From positions 810,001-842,000 of the forward strand of contig OY969902.1 in assembly GCA_963704435.1 (NCBI GenBank): a stretch of 32,000 nucleotides of DNA. Direction: 5' to 3'. This DNA is from an uncultured archaeon (GTDB lineage: Archaea; Micrarchaeota; Micrarchaeia; Micrarchaeales; CABMGC01). Below, piece after piece: positions 8,012 through 16,946 of this stretch; the stretch's first letter is position 1, and every line of letters begins with the position of its first letter. Under the pieces are notes generated by a model that worked only from the letters and a program-made list of their open reading frames with translations, was not told the origin of the DNA and did not search any database. The translations under genes and the position numbers were made by a program.

Positions 8012-9229
8012 TTAAGGCTTTGTCTGAAGGGGGGTCTTGTTTTTGGTGTAGTTGGCAATGCGCTCTCTCTCGCGTTTTCTGTTTTTCCAGTATGTCAATG
8101 CGGATACTGTCGCAACGCCGCCGGTAATCACGATCGCACCGGCCATGCCCGCGATCGTCAGCGCGCTCTGCTCATTCAGTTCCAGTATTTCAGAGACCTT
8201 CTGCATGTTTGTCTGCGGGGCCGTGCGTGCCGCTGCCACAGCGGCGGATATTTCGGAAGCCGCGCGCACCCCTTCTGCAGCGGGGCTGCCGGCGCCGGTA
8301 GCCAACGGCTTTGTTTTGTAGTTTTCGACCAACTGCTCTATGCTGGCACGGCTTACTGGCCCCGACTGCGCCAGCTGCTTCGTTTCCTCCAGGAGCGCCT
8401 TCTGCCTCGCCAGCGGCTCTATCGCCTTCGTGATCTCATCGGCCATCTCCAGCTCGTAGTCCCTGCTCATCTGGACGCCTCCAGTGCTCTTCTTGAGCTC
8501 AGACGTCCTGTCTGCTATGATCTTCTCGATTTTGCTGTTATACGTCGCCTCCGCAGCCATGAGCTCCCCTGCGCTGGTCGGCTGCGATATTTTAAGCCCA
8601 CTCCTTAACTTCTCGACTCTCTTGCGCGCCATCTCCCTCTTTTCCGGGCTCAGGCTGGCATCCTCCGTCATCTGCTGATATCCCTTGAGCTTGATGCGCG
8701 CCCCAACGCCGCCTCCCACGAGCGTTCCGGCTATGCGCTTCGCTCCGGCGGAGCCTACAGCCATCTTCACCCTTCCTGAAGGCGTGGATGGGTTTGCATA
8801 TGAATACAGCGATGAGGTCAGCGCAGTCTTCTCCTTGTCCTTTCCTATCCAATCTACGAACTTCTTGCCCGTATTCGTTCCTGATAGCAGAGTCTTCCCG
8901 GCCGCAGCTCCCGCCCCAGCCACTGGCGAAATTACTTTTTTGGATATTGCTTTGCTAACTACGCCATAAGTTTTCTGGAAGGGGCTAGGGGCCGGCTTCT
9001 GAGCCATGTACTTTGTGCTGCTCCTGACCGCGGTGCCGAGGCCCCTCTTGCCGCTCACTGCGCTCTGGCCGATGCCCGCGACGAAGTCTATGCCGAGCAG
9101 CTTGAACACGTCCCAACCTCGCGTCATGGCGGCGGCTGAGCCTATCAGTATGATTATTATAAGCAGCGGGATCAGTGAGTCTATCGCGCCGAAACTCAGC
9201 AGCACGGGCAGGAGTCCCAACATTCCCAT
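8012..9229 (-). CDS. Hypothetical membrane protein with N- and C-terminal hydrophobic segments, ~405 aa
   Basis: The start at 9229 (MGMLGLLPVLLSFGAIDSLIPLLIIIILIGSAAAM) is preferred to 9541. TATA-like CTATAAATA lies about 28 nt upstream. The C-terminal hydrophobic helix SALTIAGMAGAIVITGGVATVSALTYW is followed by KNRKRERER. Confidence 0.75.
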   Translation of the reverse strand: MGMLGLLPVLLSFGAIDSLIPLLIIIILIGSAAAMTRGWDVFKLLGIDFVAGIGQSAVSGKRGLGTAVRSSTKYMAQKPAPSPFQKTYGVVSKAISKKVISPVAGAGAAAGKTLLSGTNTGKKFVDWIGKDKEKTALTSSLYSYANPSTPSGRVKMAVGSAGAKRIAGTLVGGGVGARIKLKGYQQMTEDASLSPEKREMARKRVEKLRSGLKISQPTSAGELMAAEATYNSKIEKIIADRTSELKKSTGGVQMSRDYELEMADEITKAIEPLARQKALLEETKQLAQSGPVSRASIEQLVENYKTKPLATGAGSPAAEGVRAASEISAAVAAARTAPQTNMQKVSEILELNEQSALTIAGMAGAIVITGGVATVSALTYWKNRKRERERIANYTKNKTPLQTKP

Positions 9230-9252
9230 CGTCTTATCTTGTGGGTTCCGTC

Positions 9253-9261
9253 CTATAAATA
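9253..9261 (-). promoter_or_regulatory. TATA-like box for the 9229-start membrane protein gene
   Basis: Minus strand TATTTATAG, centred about 28 nt upstream of ATG 9229. Confidence 0.5.
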
Positions 9262-9316
9262 AGTATCCCCGCGCAACATCGAATATATGCCTTCGCTTCC
9301 CATCGTCTCCGATAGC

Positions 9317-9703
9317 ATGGGACTGATCTACACGAGCGTAAGGGTTAAGGACCTGAAGAAGTCGGTGGATTTCTACACGAAATACCTCGGGATGAGGGTC
9401 GTCGGCAAGCGCAGCTGGGTGCCTGGAGAGAGGGTGGTGATGCTCCTGGCGAAGGACAGCGGCCAGCACCTGAACCTGATGCATTTCTCGAAGAGCTGCA
9501 TGCACTACACGCCCTACAAGACCGGGTCGGAGCTCGACCACCTGATGTTCGACGTGGCGGACGCGAAGAAGCTTTACGTCAAGCTCGTCGCGAATGGCGC
9601 TCCGGTTGCGATGAAGCTCTGGGAGGAGAAGGGATTCGCCATGGGATTCGTCAAGGACCCCAACGGGATCTGGATCGGGCTGAGGAGCGGAAAGTCAAGG
9701 TAG
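9317..9703 (+). CDS. VOC-superfamily (glyoxalase/bleomycin-resistance fold) protein
   Basis: MGLIYTSVRVKDLKKSVDFYTKYLGMRVVGKR...DHLMFDVADAKKLYVKLVANG...GFVKDPNGIWIGL matches the VOC beta-alpha-beta-beta-beta pattern with H and E ligands. Start 9317 fits TATATA-like GAATATATG at 9281-9289 better than the upstream start at 9287. Confidence 0.85.
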   Translation: MGLIYTSVRVKDLKKSVDFYTKYLGMRVVGKRSWVPGERVVMLLAKDSGQHLNLMHFSKSCMHYTPYKTGSELDHLMFDVADAKKLYVKLVANGAPVAMKLWEEKGFAMGFVKDPNGIWIGLRSGKSR

Positions 9704-9740
9704 CCGTTTCCATCCCTGTCTTATGGCTGCGCTACCGAGG

Positions 9741-12700
9741 TCAGCGTCCTTTCCTTTCCCTGCGCGACCGCCTCTTCACTTTCACTGCGCGCCTCTTGCC
9801 CCCGGTCCTCTTTCCAAGGAGCAGCAGCAGGGTTGTGGCGAAGGTCGCGAAGAGCGCAAGCGTGTCCAGGTTCCCGTAGCCAAGCTCGAACAGGCCGATC
9901 TGGAATATCGTCTGCGTGACGTTCGGTGCGTAGTAGTAGTTGAACTCGTCGGTGGTCAGGGTCGCGCCGCCCCCGTTCACATTGTCGCTCGCATGCGCTA
10001 GCGGCACCTGCGTAACAGGTATCGGCTCCGGGCCGGGGTAGCCGTAGTACTGCGCTATTATCGAGTCCTGCCTGTATCCGCACACCGTGATCGTATCGCC
10101 GAAGCTCCCGCCGCTGCCGGTCTGGACCTCCCCGAACAGCCCCAGCTGAGGGGTGCAGAGGCCGGTGCCGTTGGCGAATATGGGCAGGCAGTATTCCGGG
10201 GTGCCCGCCGTTGAGTACGGGCACCTGACCAAGGCGCCGATCCCGTAGAGGTTGCACTGCGGGTATCCGTTCAGGAGCAGGCTGTTCGGCGGAGGGTTGC
10301 ACGCGCCGATGCTGTTGTACGCGGGCCTGAAGCTGACAACGTCCGCGTTCTGCGTCCTGCCCGTGTAGAGCGGGTTCGAAGGGGTGCAGTCGAGCTGGCT
10401 CGCCAGGCCGTTCACACTGTACGCGCATGCGACCGCGTCCGTCGGGTCCGTGAGCGGATTGTAGTTCACGAAGTTGAGGTTGTTGTCGTAGTACAGGTAT
10501 ATGGTCTCTCCCGCAGGGAGGGGGGTGAAGGTCTGGCCCAGGTTCGAGTACGAGCCGGCGATCCCGTTTATCGCGAGCACCGTCTGGTTCTCGTTGCTGG
10601 GGTCGACGTTCGGTACGACGCTGAGCCTGATCGTGGTCGGGTAGGCTATGTCGACGTCCATCGGCGCGACTATCTTGTTGCCGAAAGTGTCCTCGAACGT
10701 GTATATTATCCTGTGGTAGCCGAGCGAGCTCGCGGTGCCCCCTGCGCTGCTGGTGTAGCCGCTGGCGTTGAGGTAGAGGTACATAGGGCTGATGTAGCTG
10801 ACCGCCTGGTAGAACTCGAAGAGGGGTATGAACCCGAGCTCAGGCTTGCTGTTGTAGCTGAAGCTGAGGACGTTGCCTGGCGTCGTCAGCGCCGCTGCGG
10901 CGCCGGTGAGCAGGCTCGCGCCGTAGAGCGGACCGTAGTACTCCGCGTCAAGGGTCTCCCAGCTTGCGCCGGGCCCAATCGCGTAGTTGTCGACGTAGTA
11001 ATCCATCTGCTCCGTCGCGTTCATCACCACCTGCGTGTTGGACGCGCAGTTCAGCCCGCTCCCGGGCGCAGGCAGGCACATCGTGTCGTTAACGTGGATA
11101 TCGCCCACGAGCCTGTTGTTCTCTATGCTGTACAGCAGCTGCGGCGGGATTATCGCTCCGGCGTCCGACAGGTTGGGCACGTACAGCGAGCTGGTCGCCA
11201 GGTTCTGGAGGTAGGTTGCCCCTCCCTCGACCAGGGCACTCAGCGAGTCGGAGTTCGCGTCGACTATGGCGTAGCTGTATACGGTGTTAGTGGCGGTGAC
11301 GGTGCCGCTGGGCACCGCCTGGTTCGGGGCGTAGCACTCCGCCGAGCCCAGAGTCGTCTGAGGCAGAGGGCAGGTGCATGGCCCCGATCCCGAGCAGCAG
11401 CACGATGGGGTGTATACGGTGGACTCCTTCGAAGTGTCCTCCTGCGCGTTCTGCCAGCTCTCGGTCATGGTGTACTGGTACTCGTAGGGCACTATGACGT
11501 AGCCGCTCATCGTGCTCGTAAGCGTCTCGGGCGTGATGACTGTTTTCGGTGCCGGAGGCTCGTTCTCGCTCACGACGACCAGGCTCTGGCTCGACTGAGT
11601 GTTATGGGAGGTGTCGACCGCGACGACGTTGTATGCGCCCGGGCTCAGTATGTTGCACAGGCCGCCGCTGGTGGGTATCGTATAGGTCGCGGACCCCGTC
11701 CCCGGAGACGATGCGATCTCCAGGTTGTTCTCCTGCAGGTTATAGATAGAGAGGGTGACGCCATCCGTGCTGGAGGGCGCGTTGGCGGTCAGCACGTCCT
11801 GGGGAGTGCATCCCGCTGTCTGGCTGTAGTCTATCTCCGTGCTGGTCATCGTGATCACAGGGGTCGCCTCGACCTTCAGCGTTGCCAGTGTCGTGGACAT
11901 TGTGTTCGTGTCCGTCGCCGTAACCGCGTAGCTTCCCGGGGCCAGGCAGTCTGCCGGCACATCGCATATCACGTACGACACGGTGCCGGTGCCGCTGGCG
12001 ACGGGATTGCCTCCATTTATGTACAGGTTCACGTTGTCGGTGCCGGTCGCAGCCGTGGACGATATCTGGTCTATCTGGCCCCAGTCTACCGGAGCCTGCT
12101 GTATCGTGAGGGACGGCTGTCCCGCGTCGTTTATCCCCTGGCTGCTGCCTGTGCTGCTCTGCGGCAGGGACGAGTAGACTTGCCCCTCGAACTTCAGGAT
12201 GCTCGCCGTGGATCCGAAGCTCTCGATATAGGTCATCGGGTTCGTGAGCGTGTACGTCGGCCCCTGCATGTTGGACACCTGCGCGAGCTGGCTGCAGCTC
12301 CCTCCCTGCTGCGTGCTGGTGTAGCACGTGTAAGGCACGCCCCCGCCGAACAGCTTGGTGTAGTTCTCCACGTCAAGCTGCGCGCTGAGCAGCTCCGGGA
12401 ATTGGTAGCTGGTCCCGCTGAGGAGCAGGGTCACCGTGTGGTTGAAGTTTACCGAGAAGCCCACGTTTGGGTAGCTGTAGCTTTGCGGGAGCATCGGGCC
12501 CGCGGCAGGATAGTCCGCGGAATAAGCGGACGGCATGCTGCCCGGATGGTAGGTGCAGCTTGCCGAAGAGCAGAACGTGATCGGAGCGCCTCCTGTCACC
12601 TGCACGCTTGCGGACAGAATCCACCCGTACGGCGGGTACGTCGCGCTTGAAGTGTAGGACCCTGTAGTCAGGCTGTAGTAGTTCGCGGATTTGGTCGCCG

Positions 12701-15602
12701 TGCCCTCGCACGAGAAGGCGTAGTTCTTTGTCAGCCCCTGCGTCCATATATTGCACCCGAGCAGGCCGCTGGTGTCCACCCATTGGCATACGCCTTGAGG
12801 CCCGCAGTCTCCGGCCGGCGGCGCCACGTCAGATGTTTGGCAGTTCAGGTCCGAGGGGTTGCTCACCCCGCACGGCTGCTGCCACATGTCGTTGACGAGC
12901 GTCGGGTTTATCGGGAGGTTGGCGCCCGTTGAGTTCAGCATCCTTATCGAGAGCAGGTTGAGGTTCGTGGCCCTCGACCCCCCGAGGCACCAAAACAGGA
13001 ACTGAGTGCACCCTCCCACCATGCCGAGGCCGGCGTTCCAGTCGTCAAGAACGTACAGGTAGCCGTTGACGTCCTGCAGGCCGAGCGGGTGATGGTAGCT
13101 GTCGATATCGTAGTCGTACGCGGCGTCAGAGTAGGAGACTCCCCCACTGCCCAGCACGTTCGACGGATCGCTTCCGACCCCGTCGAATTTCAGCCCGAAC
13201 AGTCCGCCCTTGTAGAGGTAGTCGGAGATGTTCAGCTCCCCTCCACCTCCCGTATACGCAAGGTCCACCGGGCCTTCATAGGTCAGGCTTGGGCCGAAGG
13301 AGTATATGACCCCGTCAGACGGGCTGGCCGTGAAGACGAGTCCTCCTGTGGGACTGGCCGCAATCTCTTGAGTGGCGGGCAGGTTGTTAGCGTCGTCGAT
13401 GTCGGACGTGACGATGTTCATGTCTCCCGTGCCGAGCGTGTTGGTGACCTCGATGACTACTGTGTATTTGCTCAGCAGCCCGGCCCCCGAGGGAGCGGTA
13501 AAATAGTTCTGCGCCACGATGAACACGTCGCCGTTGGCGTCCGTGCTGATGTTGAACGGAGTGAAGCCGAGACTGGCTAGCTTCGGGTCATCTTCAGTGA
13601 CGAGCGCGTTTAAGTCGATGGAGTTCAACAGGTACATATTCTGGTCCTGCACCGTGATTACGTTGCCCCAGAACGCGCTCCAGCCGTTCGCGAATTCCGC
13701 CGGATTCGACGTGTCAGGGACGTCGGGCTGCAGGTTCGCGCCGTTGTAGTAGCCCTTCGGTATGGGCTGCAGTATGTTGAGGCAGTAGTCCCCCCCGGCC
13801 TCGCTTATCACCCCGCTCTCTGTGCCGCACAGACCGGTAGACTGGTTCAGGACGAAGACGTAGCCTGTGGCTGTGCCGGTCACGGATATGGGATTCGATA
13901 TGGTGGGGTTTAACAGGCCGCTTGTCGGCGCCTCCGGGATGCCTAGCAGGAGCTCCAAAGCGTTCTCGATCGGGCTCGCTGCCGATGTTATCTCTGCGCC
14001 CAGCTTCGTAAGCGATGTGTACCAGTTGTCGACGACTGCGCTCTCGGCGTCCAATCCGCTTCCCAGCAGGACGCTGCTGCTTAGCGAATTCACGGGCTGC
14101 GAAAGCAGGAAGCCCTTGTAGTTGACGAAGAACGCGTCCGAGGTGTTTACAGGATACATCTCTATGCTGTTCCCAGGCGTATAGTAGTTGAACGGGCTGA
14201 ATACGTCGTAGGACCTCGACATCGTCTGGCTGTAAGGGGCGGGCATGGTGAACCCAAGCGAAAAGCGAGGCACGATTTTCGATGTGAACGACCCTGTCGT
14301 CGGAGGCGATGCGGAGGGGTTTGTCACCTCGGTGAAAGGTATCGCGACGTTGTGAATAGAGTCGAGCGTCGTCGTGACCGCGAGCGTATATTTCACCGCG
14401 CACGACCAGTCCCATACCGCAGGGGAGCAGTCGCTGTTTCCGCAGCTCGGCGGCGCGAACATCAGGTTGTTCCAGTCGTAGGTGGTCTCGAGGTTCTGCA
14501 GGTCGAACACCTGGCTGTCTATCTGCGCGTTGTCGTCGAAATCTGCGAACTCCGCCGACCACGTCCATATCAGGTGCTGCGCAGACAGCGGGATCTGCTT
14601 GAAGATATATGTATTGGTCGAGAAGCCGCTGGATATCACGCCCTGTGAGCCCCCTGACGACAGCATGGGCGAATATGCGAACAGGCTGAAACTGGCGCTG
14701 GCGGGCGTGCTGACGCTCAGCTTGTTGTCCACTACGGCGTTAGCGACGGAGTCTCCGAGAATGACGTCGTAGCAGTCTGGGAGCCCGCCGCCGCAGTCGT
14801 CGCAGATGTTCTGGGAGTCGATGGTGTAGCCGATGCTTCCGATGTCCGTCTTGAGCGTGACCTTGGTGTTCAGGGTCGCAGGCCCCGTATTGTAGCACGC
14901 GTCGCCGGCAAGGTTCGCGACCGCGCCCGTGTAGAAGTAGCTGTTGTCCGTAGGGTTCGCGGCCGGCTTTGATACGGGGCACGTGAGCAGGCCGCCGGTA
15001 TTCCCCACATTGTAGTTATTCACGTCGCTCGCGGGCGAGCTCAGCGTAGGCCCGGCCGTTGTTGGCGACGGCGGCTGCGCCCCGGATTTGCTGAAACTGG
15101 TTTCGATTGTCTCGGTGATGTAGCACGGCGACGGCGCTCCTCCAGACGAGTCGATATCCAAGGTCGAGCCGCTGCACGAGTTGCTCTGCGGCCCAGAGCT
15201 GCAGAAGTTGAGACACCCTTCCGCGGTGCCGGTGCTCTCTGCGGGTATCGTCGAGGTTGTGGTCGTGCCGGTGCTGGTCGTGGTGGTGCCCGTGGACGTT
15301 GTGCTGCTGGCCGTCGACGTAGTGGTGGTGGCAGTTGTCGTCGTGGAGATCTCGCAATCAGTCGGAGTTCGAGGGCAAGAGCACGGTCCATTGTTTCCGT
15401 TGACGCACGTGCCGGACCCTGTGTAGTAGCATCCCAGGCAGCACGGCGAGCAGCTGCCTCCCACGCAGTAGGGCATGCCTGAACTGCATAGGCAGTCCGC
15501 GTCGGTGCTGCACGCTCTAGCCATGCCGCTGAGCGCGATCAGGATCAGAAACAGAGCGGAACCGAATAAAACAAGCCCAGCCCGTTCGTTTCGCTTTCGC
15601 AT
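9741..15602 (-). CDS. Very large secreted/anchored surface protein, 1953 aa
   Basis: Signal peptide (MRKRNERAGLVLFGSALFLILIALSGMARA), then 12 cysteines in 53 residues, then a Thr/Ser hinge (STTTTATTTTSTASSTTSTGTTTTSTGTTTTST). Long beta-rich ectodomain, and C-terminal TM (LDTLALFATFATTLLLLLG) followed by a strongly basic tail. Confidence 0.85.
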   Translation of the reverse strand: MRKRNERAGLVLFGSALFLILIALSGMARACSTDADCLCSSGMPYCVGGSCSPCCLGCYYTGSGTCVNGNNGPCSCPRTPTDCEISTTTTATTTTSTASSTTSTGTTTTSTGTTTTSTIPAESTGTAEGCLNFCSSGPQSNSCSGSTLDIDSSGGAPSPCYITETIETSFSKSGAQPPSPTTAGPTLSSPASDVNNYNVGNTGGLLTCPVSKPAANPTDNSYFYTGAVANLAGDACYNTGPATLNTKVTLKTDIGSIGYTIDSQNICDDCGGGLPDCYDVILGDSVANAVVDNKLSVSTPASASFSLFAYSPMLSSGGSQGVISSGFSTNTYIFKQIPLSAQHLIWTWSAEFADFDDNAQIDSQVFDLQNLETTYDWNNLMFAPPSCGNSDCSPAVWDWSCAVKYTLAVTTTLDSIHNVAIPFTEVTNPSASPPTTGSFTSKIVPRFSLGFTMPAPYSQTMSRSYDVFSPFNYYTPGNSIEMYPVNTSDAFFVNYKGFLLSQPVNSLSSSVLLGSGLDAESAVVDNWYTSLTKLGAEITSAASPIENALELLLGIPEAPTSGLLNPTISNPISVTGTATGYVFVLNQSTGLCGTESGVISEAGGDYCLNILQPIPKGYYNGANLQPDVPDTSNPAEFANGWSAFWGNVITVQDQNMYLLNSIDLNALVTEDDPKLASLGFTPFNISTDANGDVFIVAQNYFTAPSGAGLLSKYTVVIEVTNTLGTGDMNIVTSDIDDANNLPATQEIAASPTGGLVFTASPSDGVIYSFGPSLTYEGPVDLAYTGGGGELNISDYLYKGGLFGLKFDGVGSDPSNVLGSGGVSYSDAAYDYDIDSYHHPLGLQDVNGYLYVLDDWNAGLGMVGGCTQFLFWCLGGSRATNLNLLSIRMLNSTGANLPINPTLVNDMWQQPCGVSNPSDLNCQTSDVAPPAGDCGPQGVCQWVDTSGLLGCNIWTQGLTKNYAFSCEGTATKSANYYSLTTGSYTSSATYPPYGWILSASVQVTGGAPITFCSSASCTYHPGSMPSAYSADYPAAGPMLPQSYSYPNVGFSVNFNHTVTLLLSGTSYQFPELLSAQLDVENYTKLFGGGVPYTCYTSTQQGGSCSQLAQVSNMQGPTYTLTNPMTYIESFGSTASILKFEGQVYSSLPQSSTGSSQGINDAGQPSLTIQQAPVDWGQIDQISSTAATGTDNVNLYINGGNPVASGTGTVSYVICDVPADCLAPGSYAVTATDTNTMSTTLATLKVEATPVITMTSTEIDYSQTAGCTPQDVLTANAPSSTDGVTLSIYNLQENNLEIASSPGTGSATYTIPTSGGLCNILSPGAYNVVAVDTSHNTQSSQSLVVVSENEPPAPKTVITPETLTSTMSGYVIVPYEYQYTMTESWQNAQEDTSKESTVYTPSCCCSGSGPCTCPLPQTTLGSAECYAPNQAVPSGTVTATNTVYSYAIVDANSDSLSALVEGGATYLQNLATSSLYVPNLSDAGAIIPPQLLYSIENNRLVGDIHVNDTMCLPAPGSGLNCASNTQVVMNATEQMDYYVDNYAIGPGASWETLDAEYYGPLYGASLLTGAAAALTTPGNVLSFSYNSKPELGFIPLFEFYQAVSYISPMYLYLNASGYTSSAGGTASSLGYHRIIYTFEDTFGNKIVAPMDVDIAYPTTIRLSVVPNVDPSNENQTVLAINGIAGSYSNLGQTFTPLPAGETIYLYYDNNLNFVNYNPLTDPTDAVACAYSVNGLASQLDCTPSNPLYTGRTQNADVVSFRPAYNSIGACNPPPNSLLLNGYPQCNLYGIGALVRCPYSTAGTPEYCLPIFANGTGLCTPQLGLFGEVQTGSGGSFGDTITVCGYRQDSIIAQYYGYPGPEPIPVTQVPLAHASDNVNGGGATLTTDEFNYYYAPNVTQTIFQIGLFELGYGNLDTLALFATFATTLLLLLGKRTGGKRRAVKVKRRSRRERKGR

Positions 15603-15625
15603 GCAAACGGTAACTCATCGAAGGC

Positions 15626-15637
15626 TATATATATAAA
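15626..15637 (-). promoter_or_regulatory. Strong TATA box with possible BRE for the giant surface protein gene
   Basis: Minus strand GAAACTTTATATATATA, centred about 30 nt upstream of ATG 15602. Confidence 0.65.
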
Positions 15638-15651
15638 GTTTCAAACGCGGC

Positions 15652-16794
15652 TCAGGGACGCCCGTTCAGCCTTCGCATTATGCCGGAGTAGACCTTTCCC
15701 GCGCGGTCCCCAGAGAACTCCTCGAGGACCTCCCTGCTTACGTCCTCGTTCTTCTTCTCGTCAACCCCGTACCTGCTTGAGATGGCGTTCAGCGCCCTGC
15801 CCAGCCTGCCTTCCTTCACCTCTATGCAGTACTTGCGCACCTCCCTCGGGATGGAGCTCGTGTCCATCACGACGACCGGCGTGCCCAGCGCGAGCGCCTC
15901 GAGCGCGACCAGCGACAGGCCCTCCCTCTCGCTCGGCATGACCAGCGCCTTGGATTCGCATATCTCCCTGTAGAGCCTCCGGGTGCTCAGCCCGTGCACG
16001 AAAGTGACCTTGCCCCGCGCCTTCTCGCGGGCAAGCCTCTCCAGCTTCTCAAGCTCCGGGCCCGTCCCCACCACGGTCAGCTTGGCGTCGGTCTCGGCTA
16101 TCGCCTCTATGGCGAGCCCGACCCGCTTGTGCCCGACGAGCCTGTTTATCACTATGAACTTGTTCTTCCTGCGCGGCCTGTTGGCGGCCCTGAACCGGGA
16201 TATCTCCGCGGCGTCGACAGCCGCAGGGAACACCACGACCCTTTCAGGGTCAACGCCGAACTCGCGCTCGAGCAGGCGCTTAGTCGTGCTTGCGTTCGCT
16301 ATGCCCATGTCCGACGCGCGTGCGCACACCCTCTCGATGACGTAGCCTATGCTGCCTATGGTCCGCGAGTAGCCGGTCCAGAAGCTCTTGCTCCAGACCT
16401 CGTGCCACGTGACCACCAGCTTGGTGCGCCTCAGCCGGGTATAGAAGTATAGCGGCAGTATGTGCAGGAACGGGAAGGAGTCGGCGTCGACCATCTCGAA
16501 CCTGTACGGCAGTATCTTGAAGAATACCTCGAATGCGAATGAGAGGGGCATGCGGGCGCTGCGCCTCTTGCCGGTGCTCGTATACATGCCCTGCCAGCCC
16601 ACTGCCTCCCCGACGCAGTGGTATTTTATCCCCTTGAATGAGAATTCACGGCCGGCCATCCCGTCCCTGAACATGGTGAAGCAGTGGACATCGTCGCCCT
16701 GCTTGGCGAGCCTGTGCATTATTATGAACCGCCTGCGCTCTATGCCCCCGTTGAACCACGGATACGCGTTGTCTGACACGAATGCGATTCGCAC
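15652..16794 (-). CDS. Glycosyltransferase family 4-like protein
   Basis: MRIAFVSDNAYPWFNGGIERRRFIIMHRLAKQGDDVH; FIVINRLVGHKRVGLAIEAIAETDAKLTVVGTGPELEKLE; ALVMPSEREGLSLVALEALALGTPVVVMD. Typical GT-B/GT4 motifs. Confidence 0.9.
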   Translation of the reverse strand: MRIAFVSDNAYPWFNGGIERRRFIIMHRLAKQGDDVHCFTMFRDGMAGREFSFKGIKYHCVGEAVGWQGMYTSTGKRRSARMPLSFAFEVFFKILPYRFEMVDADSFPFLHILPLYFYTRLRRTKLVVTWHEVWSKSFWTGYSRTIGSIGYVIERVCARASDMGIANASTTKRLLEREFGVDPERVVVFPAAVDAAEISRFRAANRPRRKNKFIVINRLVGHKRVGLAIEAIAETDAKLTVVGTGPELEKLERLAREKARGKVTFVHGLSTRRLYREICESKALVMPSEREGLSLVALEALALGTPVVVMDTSSIPREVRKYCIEVKEGRLGRALNAISSRYGVDEKKNEDVSREVLEEFSGDRAGKVYSGIMRRLNGRP

Positions 16795-16946
16795 GATATC
16801 GACCAGTGGCGTCTATAGCACGTTCAACTTTAAATTAGTTGCTTAATCCGCTGCAAATGGACCTGATCCGGAATGCGGCGGACAAATGAACAGGCTACGC
16901 GTTTCGATACGGTTTTATCCTTTCCTTCAGATAGTCCTATGAGCCC

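Noticed and set aside
9230-9541. N-terminal extension of the 8012..9541 ORF
   Set aside because: It is antisense to the VOC-family gene and contains no domain; the hydrophobic start MGMLGLLPVLL at 9229 with a TATA 28 nt upstream is a much better start.
10713-12650. 645-aa plus-strand ORF
   Set aside because: Entirely antisense to the 1953-aa surface protein gene; low-complexity Arg/Ala/Gly/Val sequence typical of high-GC shadow ORFs and no signature motifs.
15249-15344. Low-complexity GT/GGT-rich tract as a non-coding microsatellite
   Set aside because: In frame it encodes the Thr/Ser hinge of the giant surface protein with mixed Thr codons.
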